A stretch of 64,000 nucleotides of DNA, taken from NCBI RefSeq assembly GCF_006345805.1, contig NC_043002.1:103230001-103294000 (forward strand). The letters are read 5' to 3'. This DNA comes from Octopus sinensis. Its lineage: Eukaryota. Below, piece after piece: positions 1-11,939 of the stretch. Within the stretch, counting starts at the first letter, position 1. Every line of letters begins with the position of its first letter. The position numbers and the translations under genes are program-made. The notes beneath the pieces were generated by a model that saw only the letters and a list, made by a program, of their open reading frames with translations, was not told the origin of the DNA and did no database searches.

Positions 1-361
1 CAATACAAACAGATATTGAATTACTAAAATGTTTCGTTAGTCATTAGGGATTAGAATGTCTTTTTGTTTTCCAATTATAAAATATATTTTCAACTTTAAA
101 ATCAAAGCTTATTCAAAATTGCGCAGAGGTTTATTTATAGGAAATGTTACTATAGTATGGCACTATTTACGACGCCAAGATGTGCCTGTCGGAATGACCA
201 ATCTCGTAGAAGAGAACGAAAATTAAGGTAGTTAATAGGTAAATAATGAAGTACATTATTTATTGCTATTTAATGTAAATGGGATAATTATGGACGCCAC
301 ATCATTGAATGATGAAGAAGCCCGATTCGCAGTTCTCTAATGACTGATTCGATACTCTTGT

Positions 362-747
362 GGATGAAAGCACTCCGTCGGTTACGACGACGAGGGTTCC
401 GGTTGATCTGATCAACGGAACAGCCTGCTCGTGAAATTAACGTGAAAGTGGCTGAGCATTTCACAGACACGTGTACCCTTAACGTAGTTCTCGGGGATAT
501 TCAGCGTGACACAGAGAGTGACAAGGCCGGCCCTTTTGAAATACAGGTACAACAGAAACAGGAAATAAGAGTGAGAGAAAGGTGTGGTGAAAGAGTACAG
601 CAGGGATCACCACCATCCCCTGCCGGAGCCTCGTGGAGCTTTAGGTGTTTTCGCTCAATAAACACTCACAACGCCCGGTCTGGAAATCGAAACCGCGATC
701 CTACGACCGCGAGTCCGCTGCCCTAACCACTGGGCCATTGCGCCTCC
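362..747 (-). mobile_element. tRNA-derived SINE (family A), complete, with 12-bp TSD
   Basis: Minus strand starts GGAGGCGCAATGGCCCAGTGGTTAGGGCAGCGGACTCGCGG...GGTTTCGATT (A/B-box-like tRNA head). Direct repeat CGATACTCTTGT flanks it at 350-361 and 748-759. A near-identical copy lies at 20873-21257. Confidence 0.9.
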
Positions 748-1110
748 CGATACTCTTGTAAGACATCTTAGTAAAGTTACTTTTCCATTCACTGGGTTAA
801 TTCAGCTCGTCAGCGAAAGTAGGATGACAGAAATTGTGTAGAAAATTACTTGGTGTCGAATATCTGTAATAGCTCAACCGATGCAATAATTATAGCTAAC
901 ACTTTTGCGAACTGATTTGGTATCCTTTCGTTCGACGTTGGTGATTAGGTACTTGAATTGTTTTGAACACTTATCTCTATTCCACGTACGGCATTATTTA
1001 CATCTTCTCTATTATATACAATCTACAGAAAATAAATTGAAAAGGGTAAAAATCAATTTATGATAAAACACGGAAATCAAGTAACTCCACAACGTCCAGA
1101 ATCTGGATAC

Positions 1111-1281
1111 TGTCCCTATATATTTACGAAGGGGAGACAAATACCCCCAGCAGCCAGGCCTGCATCTAGAGACACGCTACTCTGGACCGATGATGGACAA
1201 AGATCCTGAAACATGCGTGTCTCTAGATGCAGGCCTGGCTGCTGGGGGTATTTGTCTCCCCTTCGTAAATATATAAGGACA
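1111..1281. repeat. 67-bp inverted repeat (one mismatch) with 37-nt spacer
   Basis: 1111-1177 (TGTCCCTATATATTTACGAAGGGG...GACACGC) is the reverse complement of 1215-1281. Confidence 0.95.
1181..1227 (+). ncRNA. Minimal type I hammerhead ribozyme motif (core variant CCGAUGA)
   Basis: TCTGGA-CCGATGA-TGGA caaaga TCCT-GAAAC ATGCGT GTC-TCTAGA. Stem I is TCTGGA/TCTAGA, stem II is GGA/TCC, and stem III is ACA/TGT with a quasi-palindromic loop. The cleavage triplet is GUC, and U4 is replaced by C. Confidence 0.7.
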
Positions 1282-1284
1282 CAG

Positions 1285-2300
1285 GGAAAAAATGTGTCGA
1301 AGCCATCAGGAAGCGTCGCTGCTTCCTAGGGATAAACAGCGGTGGTGTATTCCCCTACTGTCACGTTAAATTGACAGTATACAACCATTCCACATATATA
1401 TATATATGTATGTAAATGGAGGGAAAAGCGGGGTGTTTTTGATAAAGTGGGGGGATATACGTATATGCATGAAAAAGAAAGTAAAGAGGAGTGGAGAAGA
1501 ACTGTGAGGGTTACTATACCTTTTGTCAATAGAGCAATGTATATAGTGTGTGATCAGCATCCTTACAATAGAAGTGGTGGTGGTGTGTGTTGGCGTATGT
1601 GCATGTAAGTTAACAATAGGAGGGCGTAGGAGGGGGAGGCAGTTGAAATATAAAGTAAAATGTTTCGAGTTGTGAGGGAAAATAAGGAGAGAACCGTGTA
1701 ATTGACAATAAAGTAATTAAAAAGCAGAAATATTGTTAGTTTAATATATAGTAGCAGAGAGTGTAGATAAGGGGAAATTTATAAAATTTAAGGAGAAAAG
1801 GGCGAGGTGGGGGTTGTAATTATTTATATTTTGAGAATAGATTTAGTGTCCGATGTTTGCAGGTGAATATTATACTGTTGCGTTCATTCAGGCAGTCCGT
1901 GGATGGTGATATCACACTTGTTATAGCTGCTGGGTGATTATGGACCACCATTTAGTGAGAAATGAGTGTAATGTTAGTTATTATTGCTAGCATTCAGATT
2001 AGCATTTGTTAAAAAGTTAAGTTTGGTGTTGTGGGGTTGTATAATTTGATAGTTATTGTGGCATCGCTTAAATTCCTCCTTCCTCTCTCTTCCATTTATT
2101 TTCTCCTTATTCCTTTATTCAAATACATATTTCTACATTTATATACCCGTCTTATACTGTGCTCACCGCACATTCTGATTGAATCTTCCATGCGTCAATA
2201 TGTACATCCTTGTGACAATGTAATCTTTAATTTAGTTAAGATACCCTTGGCCTGGAAAGCAGGAACACGTCACTTGGATTTTTACCCCTTCTGAGGTTCC
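1285..2300 (-). mobile_element. Decayed Penelope-like element 3' part (GIY-YIG C-terminus plus pyrimidine-rich 3' UTR)
   Basis: Minus-strand translation near 1850-2040 gives IKLYNPTT...DCLNERNSIIFTCKHR, which resembles the PLE endonuclease end (LNKRxE...CRH). It carries stops and frameshifts; boundaries are approximate. Confidence 0.6.
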
Positions 2301-2353
2301 GCCCGCTGTGTAGCCCGGATCTTACCTATACTGCTCCATAAATTTTGTGTGTG

Positions 2354-2357
<4 letters not shown>

Positions 2358-2438
<81 letters not shown>

Positions 2439-2457
2439 TATAATATATATATATATA
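2358..2457. repeat. (TA)n microsatellite
   Basis: Directly visible. Confidence 0.98.
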
Positions 2458-2589
2458 ATACATTCTTTTGTGATCGTCAAATGATTGTTCCGTAAAACGA
2501 AGATTCAATCACTTTCTATGTACATGAATATGTCACTTGAGGCCTGCTAGTGCCTTGTAACCTTTTGGTATATGGAATAAGATGAGGAA

Positions 2590-2960
2590 TCTCTTTGCTT
2601 GAGTGTTTGTGGATCATTTCCTATGTATTTTCTTGAGAGGACGGCTTAGCCTCCTGCTACATATCCACAAAGACAGGTCAGGTTTCCATTCCATATAAAG
2701 GAGCAGCGTATTGTTATGCTTGCACGAAGTTGATCATAATTTTGGAGTTTCCTTTGCTCAAAGTTTTGAACTAGAAGAGAAGCAGGAATGGACCCAGGTC
2801 CTACGTTCTGATGCTTTATTTTCCCAGAAAGAAATGGGAATGTTGCATCGCATCAGATTGTCTTTCTATTTGCGATTGAAGTGTAAATCTGGCTTTTGAA
2901 ATGACCTTCCTATTTGGAATTGACCAAAGGGAAGATCCTTTGGAATTCTAATATCACTCA
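2590..2960 (-). mobile_element. RTE-clade LINE ORF C-terminal fragment
   Basis: Minus translation DIRIPKDLPFGQFQIGRSFQKPDLHFNRK*KDNLMRCNIPISFWENKASERRTW matches the RTE/BovB C-terminal pattern (R.PK.LLYGEL..G.R..G.P...KD.L....I....WE..A.DR..WR). Confidence 0.7.
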
Positions 2961-4858
2961 TACGTGTCACATTACCATTTATGCTGTATTTTAATGGGGA
3001 TGGCTTCGATACCTGATATGCTGCATTTTTTAATACCTCTCTATGAATATGGGTACTCGGTTTTATGTTGGAGATAAGTACACAAGCATTGCATATGAAA
3101 CGCGTGAAGCTGGTTGATGTTATTTCGGTACAGAGTCAAAGATTCAGCACCAAATGTGTATCCACTGACAACCACACAAATGCATTTTTAGATATGAATT
3201 ACAAGCAGCTCAAGATATATAAACAATTTTGAACACACATACACCATCTGTGTGTGTTCTTAGTCCGCGAAGGAGACTATATTCTCAATGCGCATCGTGT
3301 GAAAACGTCTAAACGAGCGTCGTAAGCAGGCGAGACAACTCACACCATGTTTCCTTCTGGAGCGACATACGTCGATGTTTTATCATTGCCGGGACTTTTC
3401 AATGATGCCTACCGAACAAGGCCTGCTGCAAACTATACTGCCGACTATGACTCAATGCTAAATGATTTCAAATTATTTAAAACGTTTCATATCTTACTAT
3501 TCCTCCAGTAGATAAACCCTTTTTAATACACTAGGAAGTTTATATCTGAATGAGATCGAGGCAGTCCTAAGAGTGACTACTTAATTTTGGGCCGTGTGTT
3601 CTCGATACCAACCCTCCCTGAAGTACGGATGGCACATTGATACAGAAATTGTTTATATACCATTATATATGAAAATATATTGTCTATTGACTTTATTACG
3701 TATGCTAGCAACCAGTATGAAATTATTCTAATTTTTTTACCTTTATTAATTTCACTGTAGTTTTGAAGCCTTTCTGGTAGGCAGTTTTCATTTTTTTATT
3801 ATTAAATGTTGCTGAATGTAACTGCGCTTGCGCGGTGGATTTGAAAATTATAATATATAAGCATGTAGCACGTGTATTTTCGGTGCTACTTGCTGCATAA
3901 ATATGCATTAATTTTCGCGACCTCACTGAAGAATTTCGGATGGCAAATTAAATTATTTTGCACATTGATAAAGAAACACGAGTCCGAGGGTAACTACAAA
4001 AATATGTTTTTATCTTCATTCCCTTTGAAATTGGTGTTATTCGTGGTTTAACTGACCTTTCTAGCATGTAAGTTATCCTGTTAAATAACACCTCTTTCGT
4101 GTATAAATACGTACATTGTTTACACGCTATTTTGTATGAAAATATGTTGTCTATTGACTTTAGTATGCATGAAGGACACTGGTGTGATTATTTTTCTAAA
4201 TGTCCTACCCCTATTAATTTCAAAGTATATTTATATATAGCTGATACACAGACACAGACATAAAATGCACACGTACATGGATTTCAATTTTTGGCACAAG
4301 GCCAGCAATTTCTGGAAAGGTGTTATGACGATTACATCAAACTCAGTACACAACGGATACTTATTTTACCGTTTTCGAAATGATAAAAGCCAAAGTCGGC
4401 CACGGCGTAATTTCAACAGAGAACGTAAAGACATACAAAAAGCCGTTTAACATTTTGGAGAGTCCGAAATTGGCTTAACTGGCCGAAACTTAGTAATACC
4501 TATCAATACTATTCATGTTGAATCATAATATTTTTTTTTACTCTTCAAACTGTATTGAGTCATCAGTTTTATGTAAAGTTACATTTGTTACAAAATACAT
4601 AAAAAGCAAATACTATTATGCGTGTATGTGAGTGTGTATGTGTGTGTTTGCTCCTGTTTGTGAGTGTGTACACAGGCGTGCGCACACGCACATATATGCA
4701 TGTGTATATCTAAATATTAATTCTATTCCAATGGAAAATAGTTCCATCTCTTTCTCTATTTAAATAGATGCATGTCTGTTTAAATATACGTATATTGAGG
4801 TTGATACACAAGAGCATTTCAGTTGTGTACGTATGTGCTTATGAGTGTACGTGTGCGT

Positions 4859-4903
<45 letters not shown>

Positions 4904-6179
4904 TGTTTCTGTGTGTGAATGTATGTGTAAATATAATCGATGTTATTATTCTATCCACACAGACTTATAGATGCATATTTGCACATTCATACACACACAC
5001 ACACACACACACATACACACACGCACAACCATATAATTTTCAGAATGTGGTATTGAGCACGAACTCATATTCCTTCGGACAGTTCTGCATTGTCTTGTCA
5101 TGCAGAGAGCCGCAATAACAAGTCCTCACAAACGCAACTTGTTCCTAATATTCTTGAAGACAATATAACAGGAAGTCATAACAGAAACTTGATGCTTTAA
5201 TGGTAGGGTGTCGTTACCAATAACATTATATTTTCGAATGTCTTTAATTACCGATTAGAAGCATAGTTTTAATCAATAACTGAACACAACATTTCTATAA
5301 ACAAAACTGCTTGCACTTGAAGTCTTCTTTGTGTGCTCTAACACGAATTTCGATAGCTCCACCACGACGGAGAATTGCCAATGATTCTCATAGAATTAAT
5401 GTATTGTTTGTTAGACAAATCAAATGAAGCTGTTCGTGTGAAATACTATAACGACAAAGCAGGCAATTCTTTCCATTGCAACACGTTGTTATTTTAGTCC
5501 ACGTATTTAGCTGAATGTTACGTTCCGCGATGTCTATTGTTTGTTATAAGTACTCAGAAAATGTTAAATTATAATACTAACTTTTAATGAAAGAGAATGG
5601 TGATGGGGAAACAGCTCCATCACTGAAGCAAACTGATGAAATTGCAGTCACAAACACAAATCTATTACTTTTAATCGCATTTATGCAGTGACCAAATTTT
5701 GTTTGTTAAATACATAAATGTTCACCACTGTCCATCTCTTTAAGCTTGTTTAGATATACAAGCATTTATGTTTACTTATAAAGTATGGGCGTCCGTCCAG
5801 ATGTTTAGGATGTTCGTCTCATTATCATACAGTCTTTATTTTAATTAGTTGACTGGGCAGCGCGTATGTCTTGGGTTGCGCGTTGGGTAACGCGTTGACT
5901 GGGTAGCGCGCCATGCAAAGTATTTTACGCAACACTTGTATACCCGCCCCGAATGTTTATCAGTTCAGTGTTTCGAAAGCTAGTAAGATACGCTTGTGTG
6001 TGATAACTTTTATCAATTTATAATTATTTGGTGATTGTCTTCTGTGAAAAAAACTCGTTATTCTTGATACACCAAGATGTATTCTAGGAAACTCACATAC
6101 ATCTGGTATTCCCGTGTGTTTGTAAAATCAATGTGTTTGCATACATGAGTATACATATACACATGCACACGCATATATA

Positions 6180-6213
<34 letters not shown>

Positions 6214-6418
6214 TGAAATGGATAAATGAATTATCTTGTTAAGGATTATTCAAAATTTAACCGATCCCGGGTAGCAAAAATCACAACAGAAAAGACACGG
6301 TTAAAGTTACGACCTTGGGGTGTCTCAACCGTGCCTTAGCGCGGATAATTGAAGTTCAATATATTTAGTGAAGGGAAGAAATAGAGCTGAACGAAGATTC
6401 TACATAATTCCTTTTATT

Positions 6419-6503
6419 ATCTTCTACACATGTTTCAAAGGCCGCAAATTTCCAAATTCGGATTGAATAAGGAGACCATTTGCAGCATTCTCTTCAGGAA
6501 AAT
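6419..6503 (-). ncRNA. Type I hammerhead ribozyme with extended stem II
   Basis: Minus: ATTTTC-CTGAAGA-gaat GCTGCAAAT...ATTTGCGGC cttt-GAAAC ATGT GTA-GAAGAT. Core is canonical, stem I has 6 bp, stem II has a 9-bp helix, loop III is the palindrome ACATGT, and the triplet is GUA. Confidence 0.85.
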
Positions 6504-7089
6504 CCAGGAATTTAAAATCCAAAACAAATGCGCAGCAAGGTAGAACAAAGCGCTCCTTAGGAGCCCATGAAAGCACAAAACTGTCTCTCACTGTACGTTG
6601 ACGTCTGGGGGGTGGTGGTGGAGGCCGACGAAAATGTCCGTTGGAATCAATCGGGTTCAGACAGCGGTCAATCCTGGTAGTGGGAGAAATACTGAAAACC
6701 AAATGGTGTGAATATATTCTGTGTAATTAATGTTCAGATTGTTTTAAGAAATAAGGCTATCTTATATAGGTGTGGGACCCTGCCTACATGTATGTGTGTG
6801 CACGCCTGTGTAAGTGTGGGAGTCTGTCAAGCAGCGGGTAGAGGGAAAGAGAACTGCTGATTTTGTTGGTCGTGTCTGTGTGTCCGTCTGTGGTCAGTTT
6901 GTAAAGAGATAACTTGTCAAATCAAAGAGAACATAATTCTTGATCTCGCTTCTAAAAAAGTAGCGGACCAAACGCTAAAAGGGGAGTAATGTCCCCTTGC
7001 AAAATTAATTCAAATATCTTTTCAAAATTTTCCCAAAAATTAAAAAAAAATTTTTTTTCCTCTCTTAGGACTTCAAGGGGTTAATTCTC

Positions 7090-7788
7090 TTAGGTTTCAA
7101 TTGTATGCAAGAAATGTGTGCCGAGCCAATGGGGACATCTGAAAGAATTTTGCAGAATCCCGTTAACTAGACGGTGCCCTCGGGCGAATAGGACGTGAAA
7201 AAGCTCCGAGTTGCAAAGATTACAAATTCTTTTGCCTCTATCAAACGGTAGAGACACCGATAAAATCGACCATTCCAGTCTAAATGCTGAATTCGCGTTC
7301 TTCAAACGCCAGATCAATTTACTAAGTCCTGTCGCGTGATGTTTCTTAAACTCGCGAAATGTTGCGAAGTGGTTCGATATTCTCACGGCCAATTTTGATG
7401 ATGAAGCTCCTATATACGAGTAGACATCTGATTCAGTGTAAATTCTGCATTGGTAAATGGCATTTCTAATCTTGGAATTACTAGATAAGAACCTAATTCT
7501 ATTGGGATTTGCTTCCGATATTAATACGGCGTTCTTATTACTATAATGATTGGGAGAACTGCGGCTGTGTTCGACATTATACACCCCATTATCAATACTA
7601 TTTAATGGAACAACACCCGTGTACTCCCTGTCACTGAGATCGCTGTGATCGCTAATGTCCGTGGTCCTACTGTGGTCTAAACCGCTGCTAAAGGTGTTAT
7701 TAGGACTCTCCACATTAATGACTCGGACAGTGCTCTCAAGCCTATTACTATAACTAACGTTAGTGTCGTCAACATTGCTCCTATCCAT
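7090..7788 (-). CDS. PLE GIY-YIG endonuclease domain (open frame extends upstream to a stop at 7993-7995)
   Basis: IYQCRI...YIGASSSKLAVRISNHFATF...GLSKLIW...WSIL...CNLCNSE...CPH matches the PLE GIY-YIG domain with its Cys/His motifs. No RT catalytic core is present. Confidence 0.85.
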   Translation of the reverse strand: MDRSNVDDTNVSYSNRLESTVRVINVESPNNTFSSGLDHSRTTDISDHSDLSDREYTGVVPLNSIDNGVYNVEHSRSSPNHYSNKNAVLISEANPNRIRFLSSNSKIRNAIYQCRIYTESDVYSYIGASSSKLAVRISNHFATFREFKKHHATGLSKLIWRLKNANSAFRLEWSILSVSLPFDRGKRICNLCNSELFHVLFARGHRLVNGILQNSFRCPHWLGTHFLHTIET

Positions 7789-9699
7789 ATTCCTATTATT
7801 GACTCCATGGCTGGTATGGAGATTGCTAATCTCTGTGCCGGTTCTATTATCACTATTACTATTATTATTACTGTTCGTTATTCTAGCATTATACGGAGCT
7901 GCGTCTCCGGACGAGGGTGATAGGGTCTTATTTAGCAGCTTATTGTTATGGGAGGAAATTATCTGGGAGAGATTTTTTTGTGTTTGAGAAGGCTATCCTA
8001 ACTTTGTGTGAGTTAACAGTGGCGTAATATCTGGAATTTCTGGTCTCCTTATTCAATCCGAATTTGGAAATTTGCGGCCTTTGAAACATGTGTAGAAGAT
8101 AATAAAAGGAATTATGTAGAATCTTCGTTCAGCTCCATTTCTTCCCTTCACTAAATATATATATATATATATACATACATATATATATATACATATATAC
8201 ATCTATGCATATAATCATATTTTCATACATATACACGCACTCAAAGATATCTATATGCGTGTAAGTGTGTGTCTATATACAAGTGTGTGCGTGTGTGTAT
8301 ATTTATGTGTATGTATTTGTGTGTGTATATGTGTGTATGTACACGAGACACAATGGAGTAAGACACCCTGTATAATTTATAAAGCTATAGTTCGCGAAAT
8401 ATCCTGACATTTCGCTACTTACGGTTTGACGGTTGTCCTTCCTAATACACCATAAAAATAATCTTTAGTTCTAAGAAAATAATTCAGGCAATTCTGGGTG
8501 ATTCAAACTCGTTTAGTATTTCTTCAATCCTCTTATACATTATTTCGCAATCACCGCCCACTGTCATTCCCCTCACACGAAGAAATACAATCATCCACAC
8601 ACACACACTGCCTTACATTCCTCCATCTATATTGGCATACGTTTATGCACATCGTACGTGTGTGATAAATTCCGCAGTAAGTTTTGTTGACTTAAATAAA
8701 CTTGGACTGTTCTGTTTGACAGGTTAATTTACTTGGAAAGCTCTGTTTTCCAATATAAAACAAGAGGCTAATGACAATGGGCCAAACTAACTGACTGATT
8801 CCCATTAATTCTTCTCTCTACACAGGAATCAGCAAATGTTTCCTGGAATTTATTTAGTCTGACAATCTATTTTTACACAAGCATCAACTTAAGTCTAGAT
8901 ACAGTAAATATTTTTCTTTATTTCAACCTTTAGAAGACTTTCATAAATTTTGATTTCCTTGTTTTTCCAATTCCTACTATTTCAATCAAGTTAATTTAAA
9001 TATTTAATAATACAACTAAGAAATCTTTTGTTGCAATGTCAATTTTAGTATCATTAATATTGAAATTCCGTTTTTCGATCGTTACATTATATATCACGAG
9101 ACGAGTGTTTGAGTAAAAGCGTGGTGTGGCACTGTATGGAGAATGGTAAAACAGCGTTCAGAATATAGCAACGATATGAGAATCTATAAATCTTATAAAT
9201 GACAATTGGTTCTTACGGGAATACTATATGAACATCTGATAATATATGAATAAGTACTTGCATTGATTCGAACTATCTGAAATCTAAAGATTCTCTCGAG
9301 TTTCGCTTTAATTTACTGTCATCCGGACTCATTCAGTTATTTCCTAACTTCGTCTTCTTATGCTCGAGTAATTTTAATCGCATTTATATTGCATTAATCA
9401 TGTGTCTTAAGCTGTACTTTATTCCTTAAGATAACCTTAAGTTCTCGCTATAACATTCTTACTTACCGTATTTCTTCACCGTTTTCAAAGTTCCTTTTCT
9501 TGTTTCGTTTCTCTGCAAACAAATATTGGTAATCTAATGTATATTATAACACATGAGAAGGATGTCTATAATTGAAGCTCCATGAAACTGAGAGATATGT
9601 CACTACTGTAGAGATAGATTAATGTTGGACAGTCGTATAAAGACGGAATGGAGTAAAGGGATTTCGGCTTGGCTTCCTCGAGGCATTTACTCTCAACTA

Positions 9700-9852
9700 C
9701 ATACATACACATGTATACGTGCGTATATGTGTATATATCTATGTATATGTAGATAAGTGTATATATATATGTGTGTGTGTGTATATATATGTATACATAT
9801 GTATATATGTGCATATATACATGTATATATATATACATGTATATTTATATTC

Positions 9853-9889
<37 letters not shown>

Positions 9890-9893
9890 TATC

Positions 9894-9924
<31 letters not shown>

Positions 9925-9932
9925 ATTTATAT

Positions 9933-9987
<55 letters not shown>

Positions 9988-10014
9988 ATGTATATTTATA
10001 TATATTTATGTATA

Positions 10015-10046
<32 letters not shown>

Positions 10047-10090
10047 CATGTATATATGTATATATATATATATACATATATATACATGTA

Positions 10091-10189
<99 letters not shown>

Positions 10190-10290
10190 ATTTATATATA
10201 TATATATATACAGGCACACGCACAATACAGATAAACACACATTCCAATACATATATATTTATATATACATACTCCTATATATATATATAA
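9700..10290. repeat. Compound (TA)n array with interspersed TACATG/TATTTA units
   Basis: Directly visible; source of many spurious IY-repeat ORFs. Confidence 0.97.
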
Positions 10291-10944
10291 AATTCATATT
10301 TCTCTGTGTATTTCAAGAATTTCAATAGATTTATGTATATTTTCCGATCTTATATTTTTAAAAGAGTGTTGCTTTCCTGATAGGAATTAAAGTCAATCTA
10401 AAACGAAAATTATGAGGTGAAGTTGCAGAGGAGTGATTCTGAACGGCAGATGGTTTAAGGAGAGGAAAAGAGGAATGAGTATTTGATATATCACCCAAGA
10501 GTTTATGATGGGGGATGTAAGTATGTAGAGGGACGTCAGATGAGGGCGGATAAATACAAGACCCTTGGCAATTTTATAGGAGGTGAGAACGTTGGTGTAT
10601 CCATACGTTAGCAATAAGGCTTGCATTAAAGCTACGTTTACGTTTAGCCAGGCACATAGAGCCCCTCCACACACATACACATACACAAACAGGCAAGAAA
10701 ACACACAAACATGCATACACACATTGAATCTAAATCTATACTTTTTCTCATGATTGGAATCTGCTGCGATTTACCAGCGAAACCGTAACAGCACGGCATT
10801 GATGGTGCGTGTATGTGTTTGTGAGTGTTTATGTGTGTTTGTGTGCATGCATATATATATATATATATTTGACCGCCATTTCGCGTCCGTGATTATATGT
10901 TTGTGTATTCAAAGATGGCGCATGAGAAAGTGAGAAACAAAGCT

Positions 10945-11232
10945 GTTCTTCACTCCTGCTCCAGAGCGTCGGCTGCGGGGTCATTCCGAAAAGCTCTACC
11001 TGCGACGATTTCATCTCAATCGAAGGAGAGGAGCTTTCTCCGTCCGGGTTGCGGATCCGTGGAACAAGCTGCCAGACGAGATGGTGAAGATGCCGACGAC
11101 CGCTTTGTTCAAAGCCTCCCTGGACCTCAAGTGGCCTGAACTCTTTACATGAACACCACCCTGTACTTAACTCCATGTCCCCCTACATGGCCTTGCTATT
11201 TGCTTTTGAGCCAGATTAACTAACTAACTAAC
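10945..11232 (+). mobile_element. CR1-clade LINE 3' end with (TAAC)n tail
   Basis: PAPERRLRGHSEKLYLRRFHLNRRRGAFSVRVADPWNKLPDEMVKMPTTALFKASLD matches the CR1 ORF2 C-terminus (RGH..KL...R...R..FFS.RV...WN.LP). A short 3' UTR and TAACTAACTAAC follow. Confidence 0.85.
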
Positions 11233-11939
11233 ATATGTGCCTTGTCAACTGCTTGTCTAATAAAAGGCTCCCCGCTTGAATTAGAGTACGAAAGGACTGA
11301 ATACTCCACAGACAGGTGTACTCTTAATGCTACACTTAAGTGTCGTTGGTTATATACATCATCCGATATTTTTCCACGCTGCATCCATGAACTCAGATTC
11401 TCTTGCCGCATGTGAGTCAGGGTGAGACACTTCAGTAAAAAACCCAGCCCCAGCTGGATCTACACGTTAAGTTCTGAATTATTCGGTTCCTCACAACGAA
11501 ACACATGCTGGGAAACACTGCACAGAAATATATTTACGTCCATGTGCATCTTAGTATTCTAAATACATTTATCAACATCCTCGTGACCAAACAAATGACT
11601 GAGCCTCTTCAGTGTTGCTGGACATACAGGAAATCTTCCATCAATATCTTGATGCCGTCTTGAATATAGAGTCGTTCTGGACAGTATTATCTTTGATAGT
11701 AACGGACCTGTTTGATCTCAGCTGAAAACATTTTTTTAGCTTTTGTTAATAGACCAGCTAGATTGTGCTTGATGTGGCGATAAACACAAACAACATCAAC
11801 AATAACAACATGAATTCCTACACAACGTATGCCAACAAGAAGCGGTACAATATTTTTCAGACCACTAAGCCGGGCATATTTTATCTCTGCCATCAAAGTG
11901 TTAGAATCTTTCCTCGTGTACGCCAGCATTAAGGCCCTC

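Larger units (their letters stand above)
6359..8160 (-). mobile_element. 5'-truncated Penelope-like element bounded by a 120-bp inverted repeat
   Basis: 6359-6478 and 8041-8160 are reverse complements with one mismatch. Between them lie a thumb-like motif (KLG...KNLSQIISSHNNKLL), an N/S-rich linker, a GIY-YIG domain, a 3' UTR and a hammerhead. Confidence 0.9.

Noticed and set aside
3665-4230. Diverged about 100-bp direct repeat (3670-3770 and 4138-4235)
   Set aside because: Low identity, AT-rich and no structure; likely an old local duplication or repeat relic.
9566-10328. Long ORFs of IY/CV/TH repeats here and at 22.5k, 24-25k, 37-39k, 45.6k, 52k, 54.7k and 59k
   Set aside because: They are translations of (TA)n, (TG)n and (TACA)n microsatellites, open in several frames on both strands.
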